IMG/VR virus record: IMGVR_UViG_3300036770_007283
Source of the DNA: a virus
Lineage: Duplodnaviria; Caudoviricetes
DNA length: 64,000 nucleotides
Direction: 5' to 3' (one strand)
Positions 35,933 to 46,266 of the stretch are shown here, piece by piece. Position 1 is the first letter of the stretch. Every line of letters starts with the position of its first letter. The notes under the pieces are model-generated. The model had not been told where the DNA came from. It worked only from the letters and a program-made list of their open reading frames with translations, and did not search any database. A program made the position numbers and the translations under genes.

Positions 35933-38900
35933 TTAAAATCCAACTCCGAACTCACCAGACTTCTGCCTGGCAAGAAGCAGTTTTGCATTTTTATAAGTTT
36001 CTTTTGCCACCTTGATTTGTTGTTGTATAGAGAAATTATCTAAAATCTTATCAATGTATTTTGATACCATATCAGGTGTAACTACGGTTCCAGTCTCAGA
36101 GATCATTCCCTTGATGGTTTCTCGGTCTTCATTTGTTAGATCAGAAATCTCAAAGGCTGCACCATATTTTCCATGAATAAAGCCAAGGATTGTTTCTGCA
36201 TGTTCTTTGTAGTTTACAACGAAACCCCTAATTAAATCTAACCACAGTTCATCAATTCCTTTTCTAATAACGTCACCAGTAGCACCTTCAAGTTTACTTA
36301 CCCACAAATCATAGTCTGATTCTTTTAGGTCTTTAACTGGCAAGAATGTCTCCAAGTAATACTTTAAGATAGACTTAGCATCTTCCTTGGACAATTCACC
36401 GACCACCATAACCTTAGCGAAGCGTCTAAGCATGGGGGTTGGAATTCTTTTTGGATGGTTTGTAGCACCCCAAATTGAAATGCCTGGATAGGCAACAACA
36501 CCATCCATTAGATTCTGGAATTCTAAGGAAAGGTTAATCTTGGATGTTGATTGGTCATCATTTAAGATCATATCAATTTCATCAATTAAAATATATACTG
36601 GACGACCAGAAGACTTATGAAGTTTAATTGCTTCATCAAACAACCTCTTTGGATTCTTTTGTGCTTCACCTAGCCAGCAGGTTAAAAAATCGGATCCTAC
36701 AGCAAAGATTGCAATGCTATCTGGATCTGAAGAAAGTGACCTCAGAACCTCGGTATTATGATTCATCATTCCGTTTGCAGCAAAGCTTTCTGCACCTGGG
36801 ACAACAAGATCATACACTGGATGCTCACCAGTGTTTTCTACTGATACGATCTTTGACCAACGATACTGTGTTGAGCCTAAAGAATCTGTGATCTCCTTTG
36901 ACTTTTGGGATGGATTTAATAAAGAGAGTAGTTGAGCAAGAGTTTCTCGACTCGGCAGAGCCTTACCAGAAGAATAATTCCAAAGCTTCTTGTGAGTAGA
37001 TCTAGGAAGCTCTCCAGATTCTGACTTTAGAATCTTCCATAGATCTTTCGAAATGGGTACTTGATCATAGTTATGGTTAGCCTTGACTTCTAATTCACTA
37101 ACTTTTGCTTGTTTTCTTGGAAGTCTAAATCCAATCTTTTGATAGAAGGACCGTGCATCATCACCATAAATATTAAGTCTCCATGCTTTTTCGGTGTGTC
37201 TAGATACTCTAGAAATAATCCCAAATGAAGTAAGCATTAGTTGAACCTGTCTAATAAGTTTTTCACTATTAGTTCCAAACTCAATTCTTTGACCATAGCT
37301 AGAGCCATCAGAGTCAAACAATCCTGACAAGTATGCTCTCCACGATTCTTTATTTCCCTCCAAAATATACTTTGGAGTTACTTTATTTGCTGCAAGTCTG
37401 CCGCAATCTGCTAGTAATTCTTTGTTTTCTGATGAAAGCTTCATAGCCCTTACAGAATATGCCTGTCCATCATACTTATATACCTTTGGTTCACAAAAGT
37501 GCTTTGAGATTAGTCCAACAACTTTTTCATTAAAGTAATCCCAATCTTGATCTCCAACGGTAATATTCATACTCTTATAAAGACCTTCTTTATTATACTC
37601 TCCATTTCCATCTCCCACGTAATAACCCAAAACATAAGCTTTGTCTGGATCAACTAGGTTTGGTCCGGCTGGAAGTTCTTCTCTTACAATTGCAACGTAA
37701 TCACCTTCTTTAATTTGATCTAATCTCTTCCAGTCTGGACCGGAATCGGTTGCTACAATTACACGGTGCTTTGCAGTTCCTTCTATTTTGAATCCAAAAC
37801 GATCTTCAATCTTAATACAAGGCTGAATACCGGAATCATAAAAGTGGCTTGATTGAGTCATTCCAATAGTAGATCTTACCCCGACCTTTATAGGATGGTA
37901 GCCATCTGAGTCAACTGGTCCTGGCTGTAGTTCTAAAATTGTTTTTAGACCACGATCAGTAAAGATCATAGTATCTCCACGAACGCACTTTCCGCATCCC
38001 TGAGGCCCTACTAACAGGACGTTTGCTTTATCTGTAGACTTAGATGGTGAGGTTGCTAAGAATAGTGGGCTCCATTTCTTTGCCTCATCCATTCCTGAAA
38101 TAAAAGTACGAACTTCATCAAAGCCACTACCCCAAATATTGTTTAAATTTACATGAGGCTTTTCACCGGGAATAATCTCAATAGCACCTGGGGACTCACC
38201 AGTAAACATATTTCCGGTTCCAATTCTACAAACATAGAATGAGTTTTCAAGAACGAAGAAGTTTCTTTCAATTACTTTTAGTTTAAGTACCTCACTTACA
38301 ATGTCCTGCACACTTTCGCCTTCTGCCATTAGGTCAGCAACCTTTTGGATGGACTTGTTTTGATGTTCTAAAGCAAACTTTTCGGTCTTAGAGAAAGCAC
38401 GCTCTGGTGGCCTTTGTGTAATCTGTGATAGATCTAGGCTTTCCACAACGTCAATAAAATCACGATGTACCTTTTTTAGGTCAACAGATAGCAATTTCCA
38501 GACAGGCTCGCCTATAATTTGCTTTAATTTAATAACTAGTCTTAGAACTGAGTCAACAGTCGGCATAGAAATTTCCGACCATCTGATTAGTTGACTTCCT
38601 GGAACTGTAATCCACTTCCAAATTTCATCATTTTTGGCGGCCTCAATCATGGCATTTGCACGATGAATTGTATAAGCGCTCAACTCATCTTTAGAATGAC
38701 CTGATTCAATTTCACCAACCTTATCTAGGTTTTCCCAAATTAAAATAGAAACGTCGGTAAGTGTAGCGGAATTCTGACCCTCATACTTACATAGTACCAT
38801 TCCATTAGAATGGCGGTGTCTTAGACGTTCATAATAATGTTCAAAATTCCTACTCTGGGCTTGAAGATATTGCTCGTATAACCTAGGAATCTTTTCTAAG

Positions 38901-39481
38901 ATTGCCAAGCCCTGCATAAAAGTTGCGCTGGCACCACGATTAATTTGCTGCTCTAAGGCAAGCCCTTTGATGGTATCCTCAGAGCCTTGCTGTAAAGAGT
39001 TAAATAGTGCCTTTACTCTTTCTTCACCCAGCTCTAGCGAAGCACCATTTAGTTGTGTAGACCATTTATTTAATGTTTCATCCAAAGAAACCATTTTAGA
39101 ACTACAAAGCAGTTCAGAGCCTTGAACCAAGGCTGAATAAATATTTACAATGTGTTCATAATGTGAAGAGATGATAACAGAAATATCAATAGGACTAGAG
39201 TTATTGGATACTACATCTTGCTGCTTATCTAAGCCGTCAAAAATCTTCTTTGCTTCCTTGCGTCTTTTGGCATACCCTTCGCCACTTACTTGCTTCCTAA
39301 ACTCCTTAGCTTGCTTAGCGATCTTTTCATATCTATCAAGATTTTCCTTCATCATAGGAAGTAGTTCGCGGATCTGACCAATCTCATCAGCTTTTGTGGC
39401 TCTAATAATATTAGCGTATTTAATTGGGTTGTCTGATGCTGTTTGACTTAGGATAACTGCCGCAAGCTCTTGAGTATCCAT
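35933..39481 (-). CDS. AAA+ ATPase (classical clade) with long helical N-terminus, intein-containing
   Basis: GPQGCGK|intein|T Walker A, ILIDEID Walker B, WGATNHP..I.....RRF. Confidence 0.93.
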   Translation of the reverse strand: MDTQELAAVILSQTASDNPIKYANIIRATKADEIGQIRELLPMMKENLDRYEKIAKQAKEFRKQVSGEGYAKRRKEAKKIFDGLDKQQDVVSNNSSPIDISVIISSHYEHIVNIYSALVQGSELLCSSKMVSLDETLNKWSTQLNGASLELGEERVKALFNSLQQGSEDTIKGLALEQQINRGASATFMQGLAILEKIPRLYEQYLQAQSRNFEHYYERLRHRHSNGMVLCKYEGQNSATLTDVSILIWENLDKVGEIESGHSKDELSAYTIHRANAMIEAAKNDEIWKWITVPGSQLIRWSEISMPTVDSVLRLVIKLKQIIGEPVWKLLSVDLKKVHRDFIDVVESLDLSQITQRPPERAFSKTEKFALEHQNKSIQKVADLMAEGESVQDIVSEVLKLKVIERNFFVLENSFYVCRIGTGNMFTGESPGAIEIIPGEKPHVNLNNIWGSGFDEVRTFISGMDEAKKWSPLFLATSPSKSTDKANVLLVGPQGCGKCVRGDTMIFTDRGLKTILELQPGPVDSDGYHPIKVGVRSTIGMTQSSHFYDSGIQPCIKIEDRFGFKIEGTAKHRVIVATDSGPDWKRLDQIKEGDYVAIVREELPAGPNLVDPDKAYVLGYYVGDGNGEYNKEGLYKSMNITVGDQDWDYFNEKVVGLISKHFCEPKVYKYDGQAYSVRAMKLSSENKELLADCGRLAANKVTPKYILEGNKESWRAYLSGLFDSDGSSYGQRIEFGTNSEKLIRQVQLMLTSFGIISRVSRHTEKAWRLNIYGDDARSFYQKIGFRLPRKQAKVSELEVKANHNYDQVPISKDLWKILKSESGELPRSTHKKLWNYSSGKALPSRETLAQLLSLLNPSQKSKEITDSLGSTQYRWSKIVSVENTGEHPVYDLVVPGAESFAANGMMNHNTEVLRSLSSDPDSIAIFAVGSDFLTCWLGEAQKNPKRLFDEAIKLHKSSGRPVYILIDEIDMILNDDQSTSKINLSLEFQNLMDGVVAYPGISIWGATNHPKRIPTPMLRRFAKVMVVGELSKEDAKSILKYYLETFLPVKDLKESDYDLWVSKLEGATGDVIRKGIDELWLDLIRGFVVNYKEHAETILGFIHGKYGAAFEISDLTNEDRETIKGMISETGTVVTPDMVSKYIDKILDNFSIQQQIKVAKETYKNAKLLLARQKSGEFGVGF
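36755..37987 (-). mobile_element. intein (411 aa) with LAGLIDADG homing endonuclease, inserted in Walker A
   Basis: CVRGDTMIFT...; YVLGYYVGDG, YLSGLFDSDG; VYDLVVPG.ESFAANGMMNHN|T. Confidence 0.97.
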
Positions 39482-39615
39482 ATATTCTCCTTATATCTTC
39501 TTTGTTTGTTTCACTTATTTTAATCAGTTTAATTATTTTGTCAAGTGCCTTTAATATTAAATTAACTTACAGAGAATCTTTCAGCACTATAAAGAAACTA
39601 TAAAAATGATAGAAT

Positions 39616-40005
39616 CTACTTCTTGGCTAGACTAGGTGGTGGCCCTAGAATGTTAAGAAACTGTGGTTCTACAAACACTACTGGCATTTCAGACTGCAGA
39701 CTTTCTTTGTTAGAGACTTCTTGTGTAGGATCTATAATTAAGGTTAGCTGATCCCACTTCTTATTGTCATCATCTTTAAACTTTTTAATATCTTCAAGGG
39801 TTACTTTTTGACACCAATTTTGGTAGGCATTAAAAACTCTTCTTGATTTTGTGATTACCCTTCCGGTTTTATCCATAACCAACTGAAGCTTTAACAAAGG
39901 ACCATAGGTATTCTTCTTTTGGTCATTTACCTCTAGAACACGCCACCATCCAGAACGACCAGAAGTTACAATATCATCTACCTTAATTACTTTAGGATTT
40001 GACAT
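39616..40005 (-). CDS. hypothetical protein
   Basis: 129-aa ORF, GGAG RBS. Confidence 0.7.
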   Translation of the reverse strand: MSNPKVIKVDDIVTSGRSGWWRVLEVNDQKKNTYGPLLKLQLVMDKTGRVITKSRRVFNAYQNWCQKVTLEDIKKFKDDDNKKWDQLTLIIDPTQEVSNKESLQSEMPVVFVEPQFLNILGPPPSLAKK

Positions 40006-40022
40006 GTTTGCTCCAAAATGAT

Positions 40023-40044
40023 AAACCCAGGAATACCTGGGTTT
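40023..40044 (-). terminator. hairpin downstream of tRNA-Arg
   Basis: AAACCCAGG-TATT-CCTGGGTTT perfect stem. Confidence 0.65.
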
Positions 40045-40068
40045 AGTTTAATACAACTACTGTTTAAA

Positions 40069-40143
40069 TGGTGAGCCTGTCAGGAATCGAACCTGAAACG
40101 AGAGCTTAGAAGGCTCTAGTGATATCCTTTTCACCACAAGCTC
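40069..40143 (-). tRNA. tRNA-Arg(UCU)
   Basis: Canonical cloverleaf, CT-TCT-AA loop, A20, TTCGATT, encoded CCA. Confidence 0.96.
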
Positions 40144-40213
40144 CAATCATGTGTCATAGTATACCGTATGATGTATATCACGTACAATCTAAATATTAAA
40201 CATTTTTATGTAC

Positions 40214-40729
40214 CTAAATAATACTCGATTCTTTTACATTAGGTGTTATTATATTGTTGAGCTGTTTGTAAAATTTATCAGCTTCTTCTAATGCTATAAT
40301 TAAGGCAACACCTTCTATTCTAGAGTCACCTAGCAAGCAAGACATCCATCCTAGTGGTTTTAAACTATTTTCTTCTCGAATCTTTTCAATCACATGAGAT
40401 ACCACGCCCCACTCTACAGAGTCATAGCCATCAAAATGACAGATGTAAGCATAATCATCTCTTGAGATCATTCTCACTAATTCTAATATAGCACCCCTCG
40501 TGGCTGAATCAGACAAGTCAGGTATGCTATCAAATATAGAAGCAGTCTCGGTATCCCTCAAGGAGAGAATTCTAATCTCTGGTTTTAGATAGTCTTTTTT
40601 ATCTGAGGATGTGTTTCTTACACCTAGCATCCCAGGCATCCACTTCCAGCACTTAAGCTTAACTGCCTTCTTAGCATAAGAAACCATAAAATCATCCATC
40701 TTCTCATTGTATTTTAACCAGCTATTCAT
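40214..40729 (-). CDS. hypothetical protein
   Basis: 171-aa ORF (WKWMPGML...PDLSDSATRGAIL). Confidence 0.75.
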   Translation of the reverse strand: MNSWLKYNEKMDDFMVSYAKKAVKLKCWKWMPGMLGVRNTSSDKKDYLKPEIRILSLRDTETASIFDSIPDLSDSATRGAILELVRMISRDDYAYICHFDGYDSVEWGVVSHVIEKIREENSLKPLGWMSCLLGDSRIEGVALIIALEEADKFYKQLNNIITPNVKESSII

Positions 40730-41379
40730 TCTTCCTCCGCCCTGTAATCATTGGTATTACCCTGCACCCAAATATCAGTAGGTATAAAATTATAATTTTC
40801 GAATTCAATATACTCTTTTTCTTTTGTTTCGTCATCTTTATCTAATTCATGATTTGAATCATTAGGTACTTGATAGGGATTATTTGGTTCATAAACTTGA
40901 GAGTCATCATATCTATAAGGATTTCTTTCACCATAATAGTCTGGTTTTGGCAATCTGTAACCTAAGGGGTCTCTTTTTACCTTGGTTGTTGGTGCCGGCA
41001 CAAATCTTTTATAAATCCAACCATCTTTTTCTATTGTATCATCTTTTGAGGATTCTTCTACTTTTAAATTATTTAAATCGGAATTAAAGTTATCTTCGCT
41101 ATTCTCGCCTAAATCTACAGCCTCAAGTATCGCAGTATCTAAAGGCTCCACTTCCTCAAAAGCATCGCTTGGCAATGGTGCCAAGCCTTGAGGAATATTA
41201 GGCATTTGTATTGAATTATTTAAATCCAAGTTGTCTGGAACTTCTAAGCTAGGAGGTTTTGTCAATAATGAAGGAATTTCACCAACCATTTCAGGTGTGC
41301 ATCTTGAAAAGTAAAAATATATAATTAAAGATATGGACAAGTATAAAGTTATCTTTAGGTTTCGATAATTGATTATCAT
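40726..41379 (-). CDS. membrane-anchored acidic/Pro-rich protein
   Basis: N-terminal hydrophobic segment. Confidence 0.7.
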   Translation of the reverse strand: MIINYRNLKITLYLSISLIIYFYFSRCTPEMVGEIPSLLTKPPSLEVPDNLDLNNSIQMPNIPQGLAPLPSDAFEEVEPLDTAILEAVDLGENSEDNFNSDLNNLKVEESSKDDTIEKDGWIYKRFVPAPTTKVKRDPLGYRLPKPDYYGERNPYRYDDSQVYEPNNPYQVPNDSNHELDKDDETKEKEYIEFENYNFIPTDIWVQGNTNDYRAEEE

Positions 41380-41460
41380 AGCTCACCTCACAGTATAGCC
41401 TGTACTATTAGGTTATATTAGCCTTCTATTATTTTTATTTTTATTTAGAAAGGGGAAATA

Positions 41461-42234
41461 ATGATACCTGTAAGAACTAGCTTAGTTAATGTAGATTCAA
41501 CTATCCCATCAATCTATAAAGATAAAGCTGGAAAATATATTCCACTTATTAAGGCTGGCGGAAAAATGACCCCTGAGGCAGCAGAGGCTCTTTTAAAACT
41601 TCATCAAGCTGTACTAGCAGAAGGTTCACCACATCGAATTACAGATTGTTTTAGATCTTATGATCAGCAAAAAGCTGCACGAGAAAAATATGATAGATGG
41701 AAAGCAGCAGGATCACCATCCTCACCTCCCTCCTTTAATTCTACCACAATGAAAAAAGATTTCGTGGCTCCACCTGGCTTTTCAAATCACGAAGCTGGTA
41801 TCGCAATTGATGCCGCAGTTTCTCAGTTAGCATTTCCAAACCTACCCGCCAATAAACAGCTAGATAGATATTGGGAGTTAGCCATTCCTCTTGGATGGAC
41901 TCCAATAATTAAAGAAGCTACAGAAGGTGCATCAGAGAGCTGGCACTTTGATTATTGGGGTGAGTGGAGGAGAGTAAAAAATGTCTTTGGATATTCTATT
42001 GCTTCAATGTGCGCCCATCTAGATATCGGGATTGCCTGCTATGGTGATGATCAAGATAAACTTCTACAATCTCAACTACATAGAGTTGGTGTAGATATTG
42101 GTCCTATTGATGGAATGGTCGGAGCCAAAACAAAAGCTGGAGCCACTTATGTTGGGATTAATTCAACTAATCCTGATTGGGATAAGTTATTTAAAATGGA
42201 ATCTGCTCCAGAAGTTATTTGGAAACCTAGCTAA
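41461..42234 (+). CDS. peptidase M15 (VanY-like) endolysin with C-terminal PG-binding motif
   Basis: CFRSYDQQ, APPGFSNHEAGIAID, ESWHFDY; IDGMVGAKT. Confidence 0.88.
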   Translation: MIPVRTSLVNVDSTIPSIYKDKAGKYIPLIKAGGKMTPEAAEALLKLHQAVLAEGSPHRITDCFRSYDQQKAAREKYDRWKAAGSPSSPPSFNSTTMKKDFVAPPGFSNHEAGIAIDAAVSQLAFPNLPANKQLDRYWELAIPLGWTPIIKEATEGASESWHFDYWGEWRRVKNVFGYSIASMCAHLDIGIACYGDDQDKLLQSQLHRVGVDIGPIDGMVGAKTKAGATYVGINSTNPDWDKLFKMESAPEVIWKPS

Positions 42235-42257
42235 ATTTAGCATTGTTGATATTTCAT

Positions 42258-42545
42258 TCATCTTGTTACCTTGAAATAGTTAATATTAAACAGGATATCA
42301 TCTTGAGCTTCTTTTGGAATGTTATCTAGAAACTCTTCTATCTCTACCTTTCGCCACATCGTTATTGAATCTTGTAAACTTAACCTTTGTGTCATCAACT
42401 TATAATCATCAAACCCCCAAGAATACAAGATTATCCTATAATTATCATTTGCCATAAAAGCATAGTCATTTAATCTCGAGACTTTCAATGACTTCATATT
42501 CATAAGTATCTTCCGCATATCTTGTAAGCTAGGTTTTTGATTCAT
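42258..42545 (-). CDS. C-terminal-motif paralogue family member
   Basis: Ends IEEFLDNIPKEAQDDILFNINYF. Confidence 0.75.
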   Translation of the reverse strand: MNQKPSLQDMRKILMNMKSLKVSRLNDYAFMANDNYRIILYSWGFDDYKLMTQRLSLQDSITMWRKVEIEEFLDNIPKEAQDDILFNINYFKVTR

Positions 42546-42569
42546 TGTAATCTGATGCCACTTAATATT

Positions 42570-42788
42570 TTATTCCAGCTCAATTTTTGTAGTAATTACA
42601 ACTTTTCTTATCCTGCATGGATTATGTTCATTTTCTACAAAATCACACCATTCTTGAGCTTCTTTTTCTGACATATATTTCCGCGCAGACATTATATCTT
42701 CTGTAAGGCCTGTAGAATAAGTAACAAACTGAATTGGTGTTCCAATTTTTTGGACTACCCAAAAGGCTGAATAGGTTTCTTTAATCAT
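42570..42788 (-). CDS. hypothetical protein
   Basis: 72-aa ORF. Confidence 0.65.
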   Translation of the reverse strand: MIKETYSAFWVVQKIGTPIQFVTYSTGLTEDIMSARKYMSEKEAQEWCDFVENEHNPCRIRKVVITTKIELE

Positions 42789-43099
42789 GTATGTCCTCTC
42801 TCCGTCTTTCTTGCAGCCCTTTTTTCCTGACGTTCCTTTTTTCGCTCCTCTCGCCTAGCCTTTCTGACCTCTCTTTCTTCTGGTGTCCCTCTAGCTTTCT
42901 GAATAGCTTTTACAATCAAAAGAATTGTTGGACCATCAATTAATTCTAAAATCTGACCAATAGGACCAAAATCACCTAATGGAATCAGGGCATCTAAAAT
43001 ATCTGCAACTTCTTTTGCTGCATCTTCTTCCGACAATCCCTTGTCTAGTAAATGCTCAATCAAATCTTCCAAACCATATGTGTTAATACCGTGTTCCAT
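42785..43099 (-). CDS. hypothetical protein, acidic N-terminus and basic tail
   Basis: 104-aa ORF. Confidence 0.7.
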   Translation of the reverse strand: MEHGINTYGLEDLIEHLLDKGLSEEDAAKEVADILDALIPLGDFGPIGQILELIDGPTILLIVKAIQKARGTPEEREVRKARREERKKERQEKRAARKTERGHT

Positions 43100-43506
43100 T
43101 AGGCCCCCTCTTTTGCATATTTTTCCTGAAGTTCTTTAAGCTTCTTTAGTTCTTTATCTTTCTTTTTCTTCTCGGCAGCTTCTTCTCTTTTCTTCTGATC
43201 TGCTTTACTCTTTTCTTCTGCCTCTTTTCGTTTCTTTATTGATTCGTTTAAAAGCTCTTTGATTGAAACTAAAGCTTCAGGCACCTTAACAACATCTTGG
43301 GCGACAATAGAAATGCGCTGATTCCAATTTATAATTTTTTTATCTTTTAAGTGTCGCTCAAATATATCCAACCAAGAAATTAACAGGTTATAATCTTCCA
43401 TAGAAAGATCTTCCCATTCCGTAAGATCGCGTCTAAGAATATTTTCATATTCATCTCTGCTAGCTTCATATAAATCATCAACAACAAAAAGTTTTACCTT
43501 AGGCAT
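43099..43506 (-). CDS. hypothetical coiled-coil protein
   Basis: 135-aa ORF. Confidence 0.7.
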   Translation of the reverse strand: MPKVKLFVVDDLYEASRDEYENILRRDLTEWEDLSMEDYNLLISWLDIFERHLKDKKIINWNQRISIVAQDVVKVPEALVSIKELLNESIKKRKEAEEKSKADQKKREEAAEKKKKDKELKKLKELQEKYAKEGA

Positions 43507-43508
43507 AG

Positions 43509-43832
43509 TTACTCCAAACTTAAATCTTCAATATAGTAATCTTTAATATAATATAGCTTTACTTCAGGGAGAGGCTCTACAGAAAACATCTTTCTAGCAA
43601 TTTCATCATAACCAACACGCTTTGAGATTGGCTTTGCAATCTGTAGCAATCGCCATTTTAGTTCTAGATATTTTACTGCCTTCTTCTTTCTTAATCTTTT
43701 GCGACCACGAAACTTTCTAATCGCTTCTGAAAGATATGTTTTTATATATTCTTCTTTGGAGAGTGAGATAGAATTCTGAGACTTAATTACATTAGCAATA
43801 ATATAAGGATTGTTAAAACCACCTGATAGCAT
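43509..43832 (-). CDS. hypothetical protein with capsid-like segment
   Basis: AKPISKRVGYDEIARKMFSVEPLP. Confidence 0.65.
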   Translation of the reverse strand: MLSGGFNNPYIIANVIKSQNSISLSKEEYIKTYLSEAIRKFRGRKRLRKKKAVKYLELKWRLLQIAKPISKRVGYDEIARKMFSVEPLPEVKLYYIKDYYIEDLSLE

Positions 43833-43959
43833 GGTAAACCTCCAAAGTTTTCCTACTCATCATTCTACTTAGAGGCAATTAACTGTTCTGTAAACTTTGC
43901 TTTTATTTTTTAATTTACTTCATTAAGTAATTAAATATCAGCAATAATTTTCCTTAAAA

Positions 43960-44889
43960 TCACAGAAAAGATTTATCAAACGATGGATTTAAAATTAAAT
44001 TTTTCATAATTAGTTTTATTTCAAATGCGTTTTCATTATACATTTTGCATTTTTGACATATCAATATCTGGCTTTCTTTATTTAGCGATTCATTTTTGGC
44101 AAGTATTGCTAAAACTTTAAAATCTTTCTTTTTAAAGCACTCTTCTATAAAGAGAGATTGCACCTTTGGTTTTAACATTTTATTTTTAGCCATTTCTGAA
44201 CGAACGAGAATATCTTGATCTTTAATGATCATCTCTTGAATTTCTTCTACATTTCCTTTAAAAGAGATTATATTCTGATGTGATATAGACTCACCAATAT
44301 GTATTGCTAAAATTTTTCTAACCTCTACATCTGGATCATCTAATAAAATCTTAGCGATTGTTGGGTTGATTGGCCTCTGCCAAGATACCATAGCGATTCT
44401 TACGCTAACATCTTCTGACCTTGCTAAAACCTTCAATACATTTAAAGATGTACCTATTTTGGCAGCCAGAACAACCCTTAAGTTTAAGATGTTATATTCT
44501 TCTTCTGTCGCTATTATGTATTGAATGGTTTCATCTAAAAATTTATTACTTGCAAGTCTATACAATATTTCAGGTTCTTTTAATTTAAAAAGTGTATTTT
44601 GCAACAAAGGATCTCTTGTGGTGGCAGCAATCTTTCTTTTTAAGTCATCGTCAGATTTTAATAATGTATCACGTAACCTTAGTGAATCTTCTAACGTTCT
44701 TTCTTCTTCTATATCTTGAAGAGAATTTAAATTTATAATCGCAGAAGCATTATTATTTTTATCAACCACGAAAGGCTTGCTAAAGGCAAGTATCTCTTTA
44801 TTATCTTTAATGATAATAGCCTTAGGCTTGTCTTTTTTAATAAACAAACTTAAGGCCATTAAGTATATTTTTCTGAGATAATTTATCAT
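43960..44889 (-). CDS. LRV/HEAT-like helical repeat protein
   Basis: Repeats LA.SEDVSVRIAM, LLDDPDVEVRKILA, DQDILVRSEMAKN. Confidence 0.7.
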   Translation of the reverse strand: MINYLRKIYLMALSLFIKKDKPKAIIIKDNKEILAFSKPFVVDKNNNASAIINLNSLQDIEEERTLEDSLRLRDTLLKSDDDLKRKIAATTRDPLLQNTLFKLKEPEILYRLASNKFLDETIQYIIATEEEYNILNLRVVLAAKIGTSLNVLKVLARSEDVSVRIAMVSWQRPINPTIAKILLDDPDVEVRKILAIHIGESISHQNIISFKGNVEEIQEMIIKDQDILVRSEMAKNKMLKPKVQSLFIEECFKKKDFKVLAILAKNESLNKESQILICQKCKMYNENAFEIKLIMKNLILNPSFDKSFL

Positions 44890-44925
44890 AATTATCCCTG
44901 ACCGCTATTCATTGCGATCATTTAT

Positions 44926-45087
44926 TTAAGAATTTTGTTTTAAAACTTCAGCCAAAAGCTCAACTAATTCTGCTAAAATTTCTTCACCCTCTTCCTTGGT
45001 AAAGCCGCTTTTAGACTTGATTATTAATTTGGATGCAAAAGAAGCAACTTTTCCAAAGGGAATTTTTATTTTTAATTGTTCGCCCAT
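44926..45087 (-). CDS. small hypothetical protein (53 aa)
   Basis: MGEQLKIKIPFG..., GGAG RBS; below ORF-track cutoff. Confidence 0.55.
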   Translation of the reverse strand: MGEQLKIKIPFGKVASFASKLIIKSKSGFTKEEGEEILAELVELLAEVLKQNS

Positions 45088-45111
45088 AGATTCTCCTTGA
45101 GAATTAAATTC

Positions 45112-45420
45112 TCAAAATAAATTATTTTTATTAGCAGAATCATTTTTAAGGTGGTTTATGTTAAATATTAAAAACACCTTTAAATCGTCATTGATATTTT
45201 CAAATAATTCTTCTAGAGAAGACTCAAACCAAGTATCCATACCATAGCTATTTTTAAGTATTTTTCCATAAGAAATATTATACTTATCATCATCTATTTG
45301 ATGCAATATAATTCTAAAGTTTGACCCCTTAATTGTGCAGTAAGAACCAAAACCTTTGATGCTTTCATAGGTAAAGAATTCATTATTATTAAAAAACTCT
45401 TCCATAGAATAGTAATTCAT
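45112..45420 (-). CDS. C-terminal-motif paralogue family member
   Basis: SLEELFENINDDLKVFLIFNINHL. Confidence 0.7.
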   Translation of the reverse strand: MNYYSMEEFFNNNEFFTYESIKGFGSYCTIKGSNFRIILHQIDDDKYNISYGKILKNSYGMDTWFESSLEELFENINDDLKVFLIFNINHLKNDSANKNNLF

Positions 45421-45465
45421 CTAATGAGCACCTCAATAAGTTTAATCTTTGCTATAATTATTCTT

Positions 45466-45945
45466 TTAAAACTTAGCTGCTTCGCCAATGGGAATGGTTT
45501 GTATGCCGGGCGATTCATTTATTTTATCAATTTCTTCTAAATCATTTTCATAATGGATAGTACTACCCAGCTTTCTTAGGGTGGTGTCTTTGAGCTGTCC
45601 GTTAGTAAACGTAATCTTAGGTATATCTCTATCTTTAGAGCCAAGTAAATTATATATACCCCATTCTATTGCGCAAGACTTTACATCTTGTGGTACACCA
45701 TATATTTGTTTTTTAGCTGACTCTGCATTCTCAATTCTGCTGGTAACTATGCAGACTATATCACCAGAATTATAATGCCCTTGAAGTTTTTGGATTACTG
45801 TTGAATTAGGTCCGCTTGTAAACATTCCGTAATCATCATCAGATTCGATCTCAGCTAAGGTACCATCAAAATCAAAGGTTACAATTTTTGGATCTGACTC
45901 CATTGCTATCTTGAGTAATCTTATTATTTTATCTTTTCTTTTCAT
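45466..45945 (-). CDS. HAD-superfamily-like protein
   Basis: IVTFDFDGTL, IVTSR, HYENDLEEI. Confidence 0.75.
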   Translation of the reverse strand: MKRKDKIIRLLKIAMESDPKIVTFDFDGTLAEIESDDDYGMFTSGPNSTVIQKLQGHYNSGDIVCIVTSRIENAESAKKQIYGVPQDVKSCAIEWGIYNLLGSKDRDIPKITFTNGQLKDTTLRKLGSTIHYENDLEEIDKINESPGIQTIPIGEAAKF

Positions 45946-45981
45946 AATGCCCTCTGCAAAATATTTTTAAATGATAGATTA

Positions 45982-46266
45982 TTACCTAAAGGCATTTAGG
46001 TTGAATATTACTTTTTCTTTTGTTTCTTCATTTAAAGAATCGAAAACTTCTTCAAACGAAACAAACCCTGAGTGAGTAAATCTATTTGGCATATCATATA
46101 TCGTTTTTTTTGAAAAAAGCAAACGACCAAAAGATGTTACGCTATAATCTGTTCCGACAATATTCCACCATGTAATTAAGGTGTAGTTGCAGCTCTCACA
46201 CCCGCAAGGTTCGTTTGGTAAAACTTTTAATACAGCATTTAGTCGTTCCATATCTTGAGGATCCAT
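45982..46266 (-). CDS. C-terminal-motif paralogue family member (CxCxxC subtype)
   Basis: CGCESC...WNIVGT; ends SFEEVFDSLNEETKEKVIFNLNAFR. Confidence 0.8.
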   Translation of the reverse strand: MDPQDMERLNAVLKVLPNEPCGCESCNYTLITWWNIVGTDYSVTSFGRLLFSKKTIYDMPNRFTHSGFVSFEEVFDSLNEETKEKVIFNLNAFR

